64,000 bases of DNA from an uncultured delta proteobacterium. Its GTDB lineage: Bacteria; Desulfobacterota; Binatia; Binatales; Binataceae. Within the stretch, counting starts at the first letter, position 1; each line of letters starts with the position of its first letter. Positions 1-8,900 of the stretch are shown here, piece after piece. The stretch is taken from positions 1,120,001-1,184,000 of the forward strand of contig CAWCDG010000004.1 in the NCBI GenBank assembly GCA_963794325.1. Direction: 5' to 3'. A program made the position numbers and the translations under genes. A model generated the notes under the pieces. It had not been told where the DNA came from. It saw only the letters and a program-made list of their open reading frames with translations, and made no database searches.

Positions 1-553
1 CGACGCGCGCCGCTTCAATACCGGGTGTGCGCGAATCTTCGCGCGCATCGGCCGAGTGCTGGTCTTCGCGGCCACGAGTTTCCCCGGATTTGCTCTCGGC
101 GTCGTTGCCTTCCGCGTCATCGCGATACGCAGCCGTGCTTTTCGCGGAAGGCTTCGCTTCTGGCGGCGACGACTTCTCAACGCGATCGTCCGCTCGCGCG
201 CCGTCGCGCGCCTGCTCAGCCTTCCGCGGCGTCGCTTCGTCCCGCGGCGCTGGATCGTCGCCGGGACGGCCGCGTCCAGCGGCAGCGGAAACCTGGGCGC
301 CGCGTTGATCGGGATGCTCGCCGCGATTTGTCCGAGGCGCTGCGAAAAAACGGTTGAACGATTCGTCGAAGATGGCGCGGTCGGCTTCGTCTTTGATCAG
401 CGCCGCCGCCAACGCTTCATGCATCGGTTCGCGCTCCAGCCCCACCGCCACAACCGCGTTCATCGCGTCGATCGATTCCGCAACTGAGATTCTAACGCCC
501 GCATCGCGCAGCGCCGCTATGAAATTCACGAGTTGATCGCGAAGGCGAGCCAT
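1..553 (-). CDS. CoxE-like VWA-domain protein, N-terminal part (runs off the window start)
   Basis: Not in the ORF track. Manual translation from ATG 553 gives MARLRDQLVNFIAALRDAGVRISVAESIDAM...LAAALIKDEADRAIFDESFNRFF, a typical CoxE-like N-terminus. It lies directly downstream of a MoxR ATPase. Confidence 0.8.
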   Translation of the reverse strand, partial: MARLRDQLVNFIAALRDAGVRISVAESIDAMNAVVAVGLEREPMHEALAAALIKDEADRAIFDESFNRFFAAPRTNRGEHPDQRGAQVSAAAGRGRPGDDPAPRDEATPRKAEQARDGARADDRVEKSSPPEAKPSAKSTAAYRDDAEGNDAESKSGETRGREDQHSADAREDSRTPGIEAARV

Positions 554-557
554 CTAA

Positions 558-1439
558 CTACGTCGCGGACTTGCGGCGCGGGGCGAGCGTCGAGGCTTTC
601 GATTCCACCTTTGCGCGATCGTCTTCGTGCTTGAGGAGCACGCCCAGTGCGGTGCGCACCGCGTCGGTGTCGAGTTCGCGGACGCCCAACCGCACGAGAG
701 CGCGCGCCCAATCGAGAGTCTCCGCAATCGACGGCGGCTTGCGCAGGCCGAGCTTGCGAATCGCGCCGACGAAGCGCGCTGCCTCAGCCGCCAGCTTCGC
801 GTCAAGTTCGGGCACCTTGAGCTCGATAATTTTTCGCTCCTGCTCGGTTCCGGGAAAATCGATGAACAGGTGCAGGCATCGGCGGCGCAGCGCCTCCGAC
901 AGCTCGCGCGCGCGGTTCGAGGTCAGAATCACGGCCGGCCGCTCGTGGGCCTTCAATGTTCCCAGTTCGGGAACGCTTACCTGGAAGTCGGAAAGCAGCT
1001 CCAGTAAAAACGCCTCGAACTCCTCGTCGGCCTTGTCGACTTCGTCGATCAGCAGCACGACCCGGCTGGGCGAGGTGATTGCTCTGAGCAGCGGGCGCTC
1101 CAGTAGAAAGTCGCGCGAGAAAATGTGCTCGCTCAGTTCTTCCCATCGCAGGCCCTGCTGCTCGTCGGCCTGCATCCGCAAAAGTTGTTTCTGATAATTC
1201 CATTCGTAGAGCGCGCGCGCCTCGTCGAGGCCCTCATAACATTGCAGCCGGATCAGCTCGGTGTGGAGAATTTCCGCGAGCACCTTGGCGACTTCGGTCT
1301 TGCCCGCGCCGGCGGGACCTTCTATCAGCAACGGCTTTTCGAGCGCGAGCGCGAGAAAGATCGCGGTCTCGACGCGCTCGTTGGTGACGTAGCGCGCGCG
1401 CTTGAGGCCGTCGGAAATCTGCTCGTGGGAAATTTGCAT
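558..1439 (-). CDS. MoxR/CoxD-family AAA+ ATPase
   Basis: Walker A GPAGAGKT, RLQCYEGLD, LYEWNYQKQ, Walker B LLIDEVDK, SEALRRRC. Confidence 0.93.
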   Translation of the reverse strand: MQISHEQISDGLKRARYVTNERVETAIFLALALEKPLLIEGPAGAGKTEVAKVLAEILHTELIRLQCYEGLDEARALYEWNYQKQLLRMQADEQQGLRWEELSEHIFSRDFLLERPLLRAITSPSRVVLLIDEVDKADEEFEAFLLELLSDFQVSVPELGTLKAHERPAVILTSNRARELSEALRRRCLHLFIDFPGTEQERKIIELKVPELDAKLAAEAARFVGAIRKLGLRKPPSIAETLDWARALVRLGVRELDTDAVRTALGVLLKHEDDRAKVESKASTLAPRRKSAT

Positions 1440-1445
1440 GGACGG

Positions 1446-1847
1446 TCAGCGGCGGTTGATCTTCGGGGCGCGGCGGCGCTCGAGGAAAATCCGGGCGCGA
1501 TGCTTCATGCCGTCGCGCTCGTCGCGCGGCGTCGCGCGCACCTCTTCGGTGTAGGCCGCCAGCTCGGTGCATAGCCGCTCGACGTCAACGCCGGCGCGCG
1601 CGGGCTTCATGTCGTCGAGCGCGATCATCGCTTGCGACATCAGGTTGATCGACGCCTGCCTGCCGCCGCGTTCGAAGCGCAAATGGAGCGCCGCGGCGAT
1701 TTGATTGAACGCGACGACGAGACCTTTGAGATCGTCATCGGCCGAGCGCGATGCAGTCTCGAACATCTCAGCCGCTTCGAAGTACTCGCCGCGATTGAAT
1801 GCCGCGATCGCGTCGTCGATCGATGCCGATGGGGAATCGTTTTTCAT
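1446..1847 (-). CDS. DUF309-like helical protein
   Basis: FNRGEYFEAAEMFE...QIAAALHL pattern; same operon as the MoxR ATPase. Confidence 0.65.
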   Translation of the reverse strand: MKNDSPSASIDDAIAAFNRGEYFEAAEMFETASRSADDDLKGLVVAFNQIAAALHLRFERGGRQASINLMSQAMIALDDMKPARAGVDVERLCTELAAYTEEVRATPRDERDGMKHRARIFLERRRAPKINRR

Positions 1848-1881
1848 TTTTCACGGGTCACGGCTCACGGGACCTGGAAAA

Positions 1882-2709
1882 TCAGAGCTGTTCTTTTTCC
1901 TCGACCGCGCGATACTCGGTCTCGCCCAGCGCCTGCGCCTTGCGCGAGCCGTAACGCTCGTAGAGATCGAACAGGCTGGACTTGTGCGGCCGGACCTTGC
2001 TCAGCGGACATTTCTGGTATTCGTCGAGCGACTCGTCGCAGTAGCCCATGCGATTCTCGCCGCACTTGGGTTGCAGGAACACCGCGATTTCCGGCAGCAC
2101 ATGCTTGATCTCCGCGCGCATCATCGCGACCATCCGCCGGATTTCCCATTGCGCGCGAACGCACAGGCGCAGATCGCAGATGTGGAGCATTTCGGCGAAA
2201 TTCACCATCACGTGGAAATTCGTCGGCGCGGCGTTAGGCAGCACGAAGCGCGCATCCTCGGCCGGAATCCCGGCCTTCAGCGCCTTGGCGTAGAGCTCGG
2301 AGGTCTTCGAAAGCAGATCGGAGAATTCATCTTCGAGGCCCGCGCGCGACCATGAATCCGGCAGCACGAATGCGAGCTTGTCCTGCTTGAATTTCACGTA
2401 GCGCTGGCTCTGCTGCTCGAAGCTGATGCCGATCCGATGACGCACGAACTGATGCGACAGCGAGCGCGAGACGTTGGCAATCCCGAACCAGAAAACGATC
2501 TGCTCGAGCGGAGAGGCGTGACCGGTCTTGAGCCGCTCGGTGATGAACTCGCGAATTTTGTCGTGGGTGATTTTCTCGGATCTGATTTTTTCCCAGACTT
2601 CGATCGGTGTGTCGGAGGAATAGCAGGTGCGAAACGCCGCGTAGAGTTTCTCGAGCGGCTGCTGCGCGTAGTCGATCAACTTGACCTGCATTTTCGCCTG
2701 ATTTTCCAC
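1882..2709 (-). CDS. thyX: FAD-dependent thymidylate synthase
   Basis: GHASPLEQ, SRSLSHQFVRHR-x7-SQRY ThyX motif, EDARFVLP, RAQWEIR. Confidence 0.95.
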   Translation of the reverse strand: MENQAKMQVKLIDYAQQPLEKLYAAFRTCYSSDTPIEVWEKIRSEKITHDKIREFITERLKTGHASPLEQIVFWFGIANVSRSLSHQFVRHRIGISFEQQSQRYVKFKQDKLAFVLPDSWSRAGLEDEFSDLLSKTSELYAKALKAGIPAEDARFVLPNAAPTNFHVMVNFAEMLHICDLRLCVRAQWEIRRMVAMMRAEIKHVLPEIAVFLQPKCGENRMGYCDESLDEYQKCPLSKVRPHKSSLFDLYERYGSRKAQALGETEYRAVEEKEQL

Positions 2710-2865
2710 GCGTTCCTGACCCTCCCGCCAATTGCCGAAGGCTTGTCGCCACCGGCGTCTACCATCTTATTCCATGCCGCGGTGCGACTGCATCAGGCCG
2801 CGTATTCTTAATCCACACCATGCGTTGTTGCGCCAGACCCGCGTCATTGCAAGATTGCGTGTGAA

Positions 2866-3948
2866 ATGGCATCCACGATCCGCGCGGTGTCGGCGATCGA
2901 CACCCTCTATCAGAATTTTCTCAAGCGATGCCTGTTTGCGCTCGACGCCGAGTCCGCACATCGTCTGGCGTTGTGGATGTTTTCCATGCTGCCGCCATTT
3001 ACGCCGGCGCGAGAACATCCCGAGCTTGGGATCAAATTGTGGGGAACCGACTTTCCAAATCCGATTGGGCTCGCAGCCGGGATGGACAAGGACGCCGTCG
3101 CGATTCGCGGATGGGAGACAATCGGATTCGGCTTCGCCGAGCTGGGAACGATCACGCCGCGCCCGCAGGCCGGAAACGAAACGCCGCGCGTATGGCGCAT
3201 CCCGGAACGCCGCGCGCTGATCAACCGGCTCGGTTTTCCCAGCGAAGGGATGGAGGCGGTCGCACCGCGAATCGATCGGATGCGCAAGGCCGGGCATTCG
3301 ATTCGCCTGGGCCTCAACTTCGGGCCGAACAGCGATACGCCGCCGGAGAGTGTTGCCGCCGACTACATGGCGCTGATGGAGCGGCTCGGTCCGTTGGCAG
3401 ATTTTATCGTTATCAACGTGAGCTCGCCGAATACGCCGGGGCTGCGCAACTGGCAATCGCCCGAGAAGATGAGCGAGCTGTTCGCCGCGATGCTGGGAAA
3501 GAGCGGCGAGTCGCCCCGCCCGCTGCTGGTGAAACTTTCGCCCGACCTGGAGCGCAATGAGCTGTTTCGAATCTGCGAGGCCGCGCTCGAGATCGGCGTG
3601 GACGGGATCGTCGCGTGCAACACTACGGTCGCGCGCGAGGCGCTAGGCGTCTCGTCGCCGCATCCGGGAGGACTCAGTGGCCGTCCGCTGACGATTCGCG
3701 CGCGCGAGCTGATTCGCGACATCCATACCCACACGCGCGGAAAAATCCCGATCATCGGCGTCGGCGGCGTCGCCACGGCCGAGGATGCGTGGTTGCACAT
3801 TCGCGCCGGCGCATCGCTCGTCGAGCTTTACACCGCGCTCATCTACGAGGGCCCGGGCGTCGTGGAGAAAATCAAAACTGGGCTGGCAGACTTGCTACGT
3901 CGAGGTGGATTTCGTTCTATTAGGGAAGCGGTCGGAATAGACCGATAG
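2866..3948 (+). CDS. pyrD: Quinone-dependent dihydroorotate dehydrogenase (class 2)
   Basis: NPIGLAAGMDK, INRLGF, NVSSPNTPGLR, VKLSPDL, GGLSG; the true start may be GTG 2887. Confidence 0.95.
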   Translation: MASTIRAVSAIDTLYQNFLKRCLFALDAESAHRLALWMFSMLPPFTPAREHPELGIKLWGTDFPNPIGLAAGMDKDAVAIRGWETIGFGFAELGTITPRPQAGNETPRVWRIPERRALINRLGFPSEGMEAVAPRIDRMRKAGHSIRLGLNFGPNSDTPPESVAADYMALMERLGPLADFIVINVSSPNTPGLRNWQSPEKMSELFAAMLGKSGESPRPLLVKLSPDLERNELFRICEAALEIGVDGIVACNTTVAREALGVSSPHPGGLSGRPLTIRARELIRDIHTHTRGKIPIIGVGGVATAEDAWLHIRAGASLVELYTALIYEGPGVVEKIKTGLADLLRRGGFRSIREAVGIDR

Positions 3949-3957
3949 GTCGAGGCA

Positions 3958-4767
3958 ATGGATTCTGAAAAAATTGTCGATGCAAAGTGGATCCGCGAGC
4001 ATCGCGACGACGCGGATCTGATCCTCGTCGACACGCGGGCTGCCAAGGATTTCCACGCGGGACATCTGCGCGGCGCGCGGCATTTCGATCCGTTCCCGTT
4101 TCATCATACGGATACGTCCGAGCGCGGAATTGCGGAGTTCGACGCGCAGCTCCAATGGATATTTTCGGCGCTTGGAATCGGCGCGCGCGAGACGGTCGTG
4201 TTCTATGAGAATGAATCCGGGATGCGCGCGGCGCGCGGTCAGTGGGTGCTCGAATACGCGGGACATCCGAAATCAAGAATGCTCGACGGCGGGCTCAAGG
4301 CGCTGGCGGGAGAAAAGTTAGCCACCCAGATCGACAAGTTCGCGGCGTCAGATTTCCAGCTCAATCTGCGGGCGGGGATTCTCGCGACGTATCCAGACCT
4401 GCTCGAACGGCTGGGGCATCCCAACGTGCAAATCTTTGACGTTCGCAGCGATGCGGAATACTTCAGCGAACGCATCCGCGCCAAACATGGCGGCGCGATC
4501 CCCGGCTCGTACCATCAGGACTGGACCGCTGCGCTCGCCGCTGACGGTACCGTGAAATCGCCCGCCAAGCTGCGCGCGCAATTCGAAGCGCTCGGACTCG
4601 ATCGCGAAAATGAGATCGTGCCGTACTGCCAGGGTGGTTATCGCGCGGCGCACGCATACCTCGCGCTCAAACTCGCGGGCTATCCGAAGGTGAGGAACTA
4701 CTTGGGGTCATGGGCGGAATGGGGGAATCGCGACGATTTGCCGAGAGAGCATCCGCGGCGCAAGTGA
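3958..4767 (+). CDS. Two-domain rhodanese/sulfurtransferase (SseA-like)
   Basis: GHLRGA, LDGG, GAIPG, active-site YCQGGYRA, YLGSWAEW. Confidence 0.92.
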   Translation: MDSEKIVDAKWIREHRDDADLILVDTRAAKDFHAGHLRGARHFDPFPFHHTDTSERGIAEFDAQLQWIFSALGIGARETVVFYENESGMRAARGQWVLEYAGHPKSRMLDGGLKALAGEKLATQIDKFAASDFQLNLRAGILATYPDLLERLGHPNVQIFDVRSDAEYFSERIRAKHGGAIPGSYHQDWTAALAADGTVKSPAKLRAQFEALGLDRENEIVPYCQGGYRAAHAYLALKLAGYPKVRNYLGSWAEWGNRDDLPREHPRRK

Positions 4768-4794
4768 GTCCAGGGTGAGTGCTTGAGTCTCGGC

Positions 4795-4836
4795 AACCTA
4801 ACCCCTAACCCCTTCCCGAGCGGGAAGGGGAACCAG
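4795..4836 (+). repeat. REP-like repeat, family A (telomere-like CCTAACCCC tail plus hairpin)
   Basis: aacctaacccctaaccccttccc-gagc-gggaaggggaaccag; other copies at 11004, 22981, 42155, 47412, 61826-61948 and 63509. Confidence 0.9.
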
Positions 4837-4847
4837 ATTGTTAGTAG

Positions 4848-5465
4848 ATGCCGCCGATTTTGATTCTCACCGGGTTTGAGCCGTTTCGCGGCGAGCGGAT
4901 CAATCCGTCGTGGGAGGTCGCGCGCGGCTTCGACGGAGACGTGATCGGCGGGATGCAGATAAAATCGGTGCGCGTGCCGGTCGGATGCGCGAAAGCGGCG
5001 CGGCGAATTACCGGCGCGATCGTGCGCTACCGTCCGCGCGCGGTGATTGGACTTGGTGAGGCAGGTGGCCGGGCGGCCATCTCACTCGAGAGAATCGCGA
5101 TCAATCTTGCCGACGAGCGGGGCGCGCTCGCCAAACGCGGCGACCCGGGATTCACGCCGGTCGTGCGCGGCGGCCCCGACGCATACTTCTCGCGACTGCC
5201 GCTGCGCGCAATCATCCGGGAACTCGATCGCAAGGATATTCCGGCGAGCGTATCGCTGACGGCGGGCGCGTACGCATGCAATGCGCTGATGTACGCGGCG
5301 TTGCATCAGCTGCGGCGCAAATCCACTGTCCCGGTGGGATTCATTCATCTGCCATACGAGGCGCGCCAGGCGGGACGCCATCGCAGCCTACCGACGATGG
5401 CGCTTGCGATGATGGAGAATGCGGTGCGCATCGCGATCGTCGAGACTGCGCGCTCGGCGAAGTGA
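4848..5465 (+). CDS. pcp: Pyroglutamyl-peptidase I
   Basis: LTGFEPF, NPSW, ERIAIN, AGAYACN (catalytic Cys), GFIHLP. Confidence 0.93.
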   Translation: MPPILILTGFEPFRGERINPSWEVARGFDGDVIGGMQIKSVRVPVGCAKAARRITGAIVRYRPRAVIGLGEAGGRAAISLERIAINLADERGALAKRGDPGFTPVVRGGPDAYFSRLPLRAIIRELDRKDIPASVSLTAGAYACNALMYAALHQLRRKSTVPVGFIHLPYEARQAGRHRSLPTMALAMMENAVRIAIVETARSAK

Positions 5466-5498
5466 CTTCGCGCTTATCGGTGGAGTAGGTTAGGCAGC

Positions 5499-5777
5499 GT
5501 GTTATTCGTCGGCTTTCTGTTGCTCTTGTCGGGTATTATTTTTACCGGAATTGGCTTCCACATGCGGGCGGGCGCCCGCACGAACCCGAACGATCGAGCC
5601 GAGATCAATCCAACGCTGAGGCCCGCCTTTCCACCGCAGATCCCCCTCGCAGTCGACTGGCTGACCGGAGACCTCAGGCCCAGAGGGAGCTACATTATAC
5701 TCGCAGGTGCGGTCTGCCTAAGTCTCTCAATCTTTCTTGCTCTGTTCCTACTTGATCGCGACTGCATTCGGCGGTGA
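5499..5777 (+). CDS. Hypothetical small membrane protein (2 TM)
   Basis: Two hydrophobic segments; the 3' end overlaps the convergent cyclase gene by 30 bp. Confidence 0.4.
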   Translation: MLFVGFLLLLSGIIFTGIGFHMRAGARTNPNDRAEINPTLRPAFPPQIPLAVDWLTGDLRPRGSYIILAGAVCLSLSIFLALFLLDRDCIRR

Positions 5778-6728
5778 TGCTATGCCGCCTTCCAGATTCA
5801 TCGGGACTGATACCAGCATGCATTCGTAGCGCTTGTCGGCGGCGCAATCTGCGGCGAGCTCCTCGAGATTGAACTGCTCGCCGATTGGCAGGCCCAGCAG
5901 GCATAGCGTGCGGTAGTGCAGCGCGCCTTCGTTTTTGAAATCCCACGGCCACGGCTCGACGGCCGGACAATCGGTGCCGACCGCCGCGACGCGATGATCC
6001 CAGAACCATTCGACCATCGCGCTGCTGTCCTCGATGCCGCAGGCCTTCAGCCCTTCGAGCGGCGCCATAGCAGCTTTCTCGTCGGCCGACGCCGAGAGGT
6101 AGGCCTGCATCCATCCGGTGCGAATCAGCAGGATCGTGCCCGGTTTCAGATCGACGCCCTGCGCGACCGCGGTCTCCTTCAAATCGTCGAGGCTGTATTT
6201 TTCCGACTTGAGCGGATCGATCGTGCGGCCATGCGAGATTCGGTAGCGGAACGCGTCGAGTAGCACGGCGCGGCCGACAAACTTGTTCGCCCACTTGTGG
6301 ATGCTGAGACGTCCGGTCGGCCCGTCTTTTATCTCGGTGGATTTCACGCCGTTGTAGAACGCCTTGTACCGCGGGCTGCCGACGTGCGCGAGGCCGTCCC
6401 ACTGGCTCCCTTCCTGCGTGTTGTAGCTGTCGAGCGAGTCGTCGAAACCGAGCAGGCCGAAGCTTTCGAAGCTCATGATGTTGTGCTTGGCGGGGCGCCG
6501 CGCGAACAGCGGCGGGTTGGCGTAATTGATTTTCGTATCGAGCCGGAAGACGCTGCCCTTGCGCACCAGGCGCGCGGCGTCGATCACGCCCTCGGGCGTC
6601 AGGAAATTCAGGCATCCGAGTTCGTCGTCGTCGCCGAACACGCCCCACGACGATTCTTTGGGCTTGTCAGGCTTGATCGGAAGTTCGGCGAAGCGGGGAA
6701 CTTTGTTGAGATCGATCCTGGTTGCCAT
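5748..6728 (-). CDS. Cyclase-family (kynurenine formamidase-like) metal-dependent hydrolase
   Basis: WGVFGDDDELGCLNFLTP, SQWDGLAH, LLIRTGW, GGIASPPNAVAI. Confidence 0.9.
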   Translation of the reverse strand: MATRIDLNKVPRFAELPIKPDKPKESSWGVFGDDDELGCLNFLTPEGVIDAARLVRKGSVFRLDTKINYANPPLFARRPAKHNIMSFESFGLLGFDDSLDSYNTQEGSQWDGLAHVGSPRYKAFYNGVKSTEIKDGPTGRLSIHKWANKFVGRAVLLDAFRYRISHGRTIDPLKSEKYSLDDLKETAVAQGVDLKPGTILLIRTGWMQAYLSASADEKAAMAPLEGLKACGIEDSSAMVEWFWDHRVAAVGTDCPAVEPWPWDFKNEGALHYRTLCLLGLPIGEQFNLEELAADCAADKRYECMLVSVPMNLEGGIASPPNAVAIK

Positions 6729-6752
6729 CGCATCAGCTCCTTGGCGAAAAAA

Positions 6753-7211
6753 TTACGATCGTTCGGGCTTCCATTCGTAGAGCACGTCGGCTTCGCGCTC
6801 CATGTTAGTGGCGCCGTCGGTAAATTTCGTTGCGATAAAGCAGCGCGCTTCATAAAAACGGCGCGCCGGGGTGTTGCGCTGGAATGCCCACAGGTGAAGA
6901 CCGGTGGGACGAAGACCTTTCGCATGCGCGAGCATCGCGTCGCCGACGCCTCGACGTTGATCGGCGGGCGCAACGTAAAATTGATCGAGGTCGTCATTAT
7001 GAAGTGTCAGGACCCCGACGATTCGGCCGGCATCCTCGGCGATCCAGGTCTCACGCTCCGGCACCATCTGATGGATCACGAAGGCGCGAATTTCGGCGTC
7101 AGTGCCGACAGTCGGGAGATATGCAGCGGCGCCTCGGCGCGAGGCGATATATACCGTTGCAACTTCGGATGCATCGGCGGCAGTGGCGCGTCGGAAGCTG
7201 ATAGCCATCAA
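6753..7211 (-). CDS. GNAT-family N-acetyltransferase
   Basis: LDQFYVAPADQRRGVG acetyl-CoA motif, NTPARRFYE. Confidence 0.9.
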   Translation of the reverse strand: MMAISFRRATAADASEVATVYIASRRGAAAYLPTVGTDAEIRAFVIHQMVPERETWIAEDAGRIVGVLTLHNDDLDQFYVAPADQRRGVGDAMLAHAKGLRPTGLHLWAFQRNTPARRFYEARCFIATKFTDGATNMEREADVLYEWKPERS

Positions 7212-7285
7212 TGTTGGGTTTCCGTCCGAACGCAGTGCGCTGTCAAGGATTGACGGCGGCGAAACATTGAAGCGGCGGTCCCGCC

Positions 7286-7311
7286 TGAAACTTTAGGTTC
7301 TATGCTCCGTA
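7286..7311 (+). promoter_or_regulatory. Putative ECF sigma-factor promoter, TGAAAC-N16-CGTA
   Basis: Exact match to the SigW-type ECF consensus; also conserved upstream of the paralogous gene (8813-8839). Confidence 0.55.
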
Positions 7312-7373
7312 CCATCTGTGATATTTAACACGCTGTTGTTTTTTTGACGGATTGATTCGGAGACGGGGATCGA

Positions 7374-8622
7374 ATGGCGGCACAGCAAGGGATTCGACAG
7401 TCTTCATCGGGGCGAACCATGCTTAAGAACCTCATCCGGATGATTCCCGCTGTTGTGCTTATCGCGGCGACTATCAATACAGCGTCGTGCAATAACAATA
7501 ACGGGCTGCTGCAGCAGACCGGCGGCGGTGGTGGTGGTTCAGCGTCATCGTCACGGACTGCGACTCCGACTGCGACTGCGACGGTTGCTGCCGCCGCGTT
7601 CGCGTTTGTGACCAACTACAACGACGCCGTTGTATCGTCGTTCACGCGCAACACTTCGACTGGCGCGCTCGCGCATACCGGGCAGGTGCAGGCGGGCTCG
7701 AAAGCCGGGCCGCGCGGCGTGGTCGCGTCGCCCAATGGCAGCTTCCTCTACGTCGCGAATATCAACGACGACAATATTTACGAGTTCTCGATCAATCAGA
7801 CCGACGGGACGCTGACGCCGCTGGCGACGCCGTCGGTGAGCAATGGAAACGCGACCAGACCAGATGAACTGGCGATGAACCGCGCAGGCACATTGCTGTG
7901 GGTGACCGGACAGGGCCGGAACGGTTACGGCATACACCGTGAACACTTCGACCGGGCAGCTTACGAAGAAAAGCTCGATCGATGGATTCAACACTCCGTT
8001 CGGCATCGTGGTGCATCCGACGCTGGCGGTTATTTACGTGTCGGACCTGGCGACGGGTCTCATCCAGCCGATGTCGTATAACACCAGGAACGGATTGCTC
8101 TCGAAGAACTTTACGGCGGTCGCGAGTTCAGACCCCAACGCCAAAATACCGGCCGCGCTGACGATCGATGCGGCAGGCGCCGCGCTGTTCGCGCCCGATG
8201 AGGGTAACGGCGAGGTCTCGTCGTTTGCGATCGATGGTTCGGGCGCCCTGACCCCAATATTGGCGTACGCCAACAGCAGCGTCGGTGACGGGCCGGTGGG
8301 AATTGGAATAGGAACGAACACCGGCAACGAGTACGTGTTTACGGCCAACTGGGGAGGCGCGTCGGTGTCCTCGTTCCTTGTCACGAACGCGACGACCGTG
8401 ATCGCGCCGCCGACCGTGGCGTCGGGCTACAACGCGCCGAAGGGGCTGGTGGTGGACCAGCAGGGCTCATTCGTTTACACGGCGGACAGCGCCGACGGCA
8501 CCGTCGCAGTGTCAAAGATCAAGGGCGGGTGCCTGAGCCAGATATGTGCGGGTACCGCGGTATCGGCCGAGAGTCCGCATAAGGCCGGCAGCGGTCCGTT
8601 CGGGATCACGCTCTTACACTGA
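7374..8622 (+). pseudogene. Lactonase-family beta-propeller lipoprotein, frameshifted by one extra base in GGG 7913-7915 (or a sequencing error)
   Basis: ORFs 7374..8081 and 7939..8622 each align with paralog 8901..10115. Removing one G restores LWVTGQAGTVTAYTVNTSTG. Lipobox-like TASC. Confidence 0.8.
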
Positions 8623-8647
8623 GGCGGCTTGTAGTGTCGTAATTTCA

Positions 8648-8797
8648 GTGGGGCGGGCCTACGTGCCCGCCCTCTTTTCTTCAGATTGCGGCCACGCGCA
8701 GCGATACTCCGTGCGCAGGCGTCTGCGGCAGAAGCAGTCCGGTAAGCGTGGGCGCGGACGCCCGCGCGTCGATGGCAGGCACGGCGGCCCGCCCCAC
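8648..8797. repeat. REPIN-like inverted pair of GTGG-type REP sequences
   Basis: gtggggcgggcctacgtgcccgcc (8648-8671) and its imperfect inverted copy ggcaggcacggcggcccgccccac (8774-8797). The left arm is followed by tcttttct, so it may also act as a terminator. Confidence 0.75.
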
Positions 8798-8812
8798 TAT
8801 AATGGCTTCTGC

Positions 8813-8839
8813 TGAAACCTTCGGGTTCGATGGCACGTA
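8813..8839 (+). promoter_or_regulatory. Putative ECF sigma-factor promoter, TGAAAC-N17-CGTA
   Basis: Second conserved copy upstream of the beta-propeller paralog; the spacer has diverged while the -35 and -10 elements are kept. Confidence 0.55.
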
Positions 8840-8900
8840 CCATTTGTGGTATTTAACTCGCGGTTGTTTTTTTGACCGGATTGGCGGGAAAGGGATTTGA

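Noticed and set aside
8831-8847. TGGCAC as a sigma-54 -24/-12 promoter
   Set aside because: There is no TTGC at the -12 position, and the paralogous upstream region lacks it. The ECF-type motif fits both copies.
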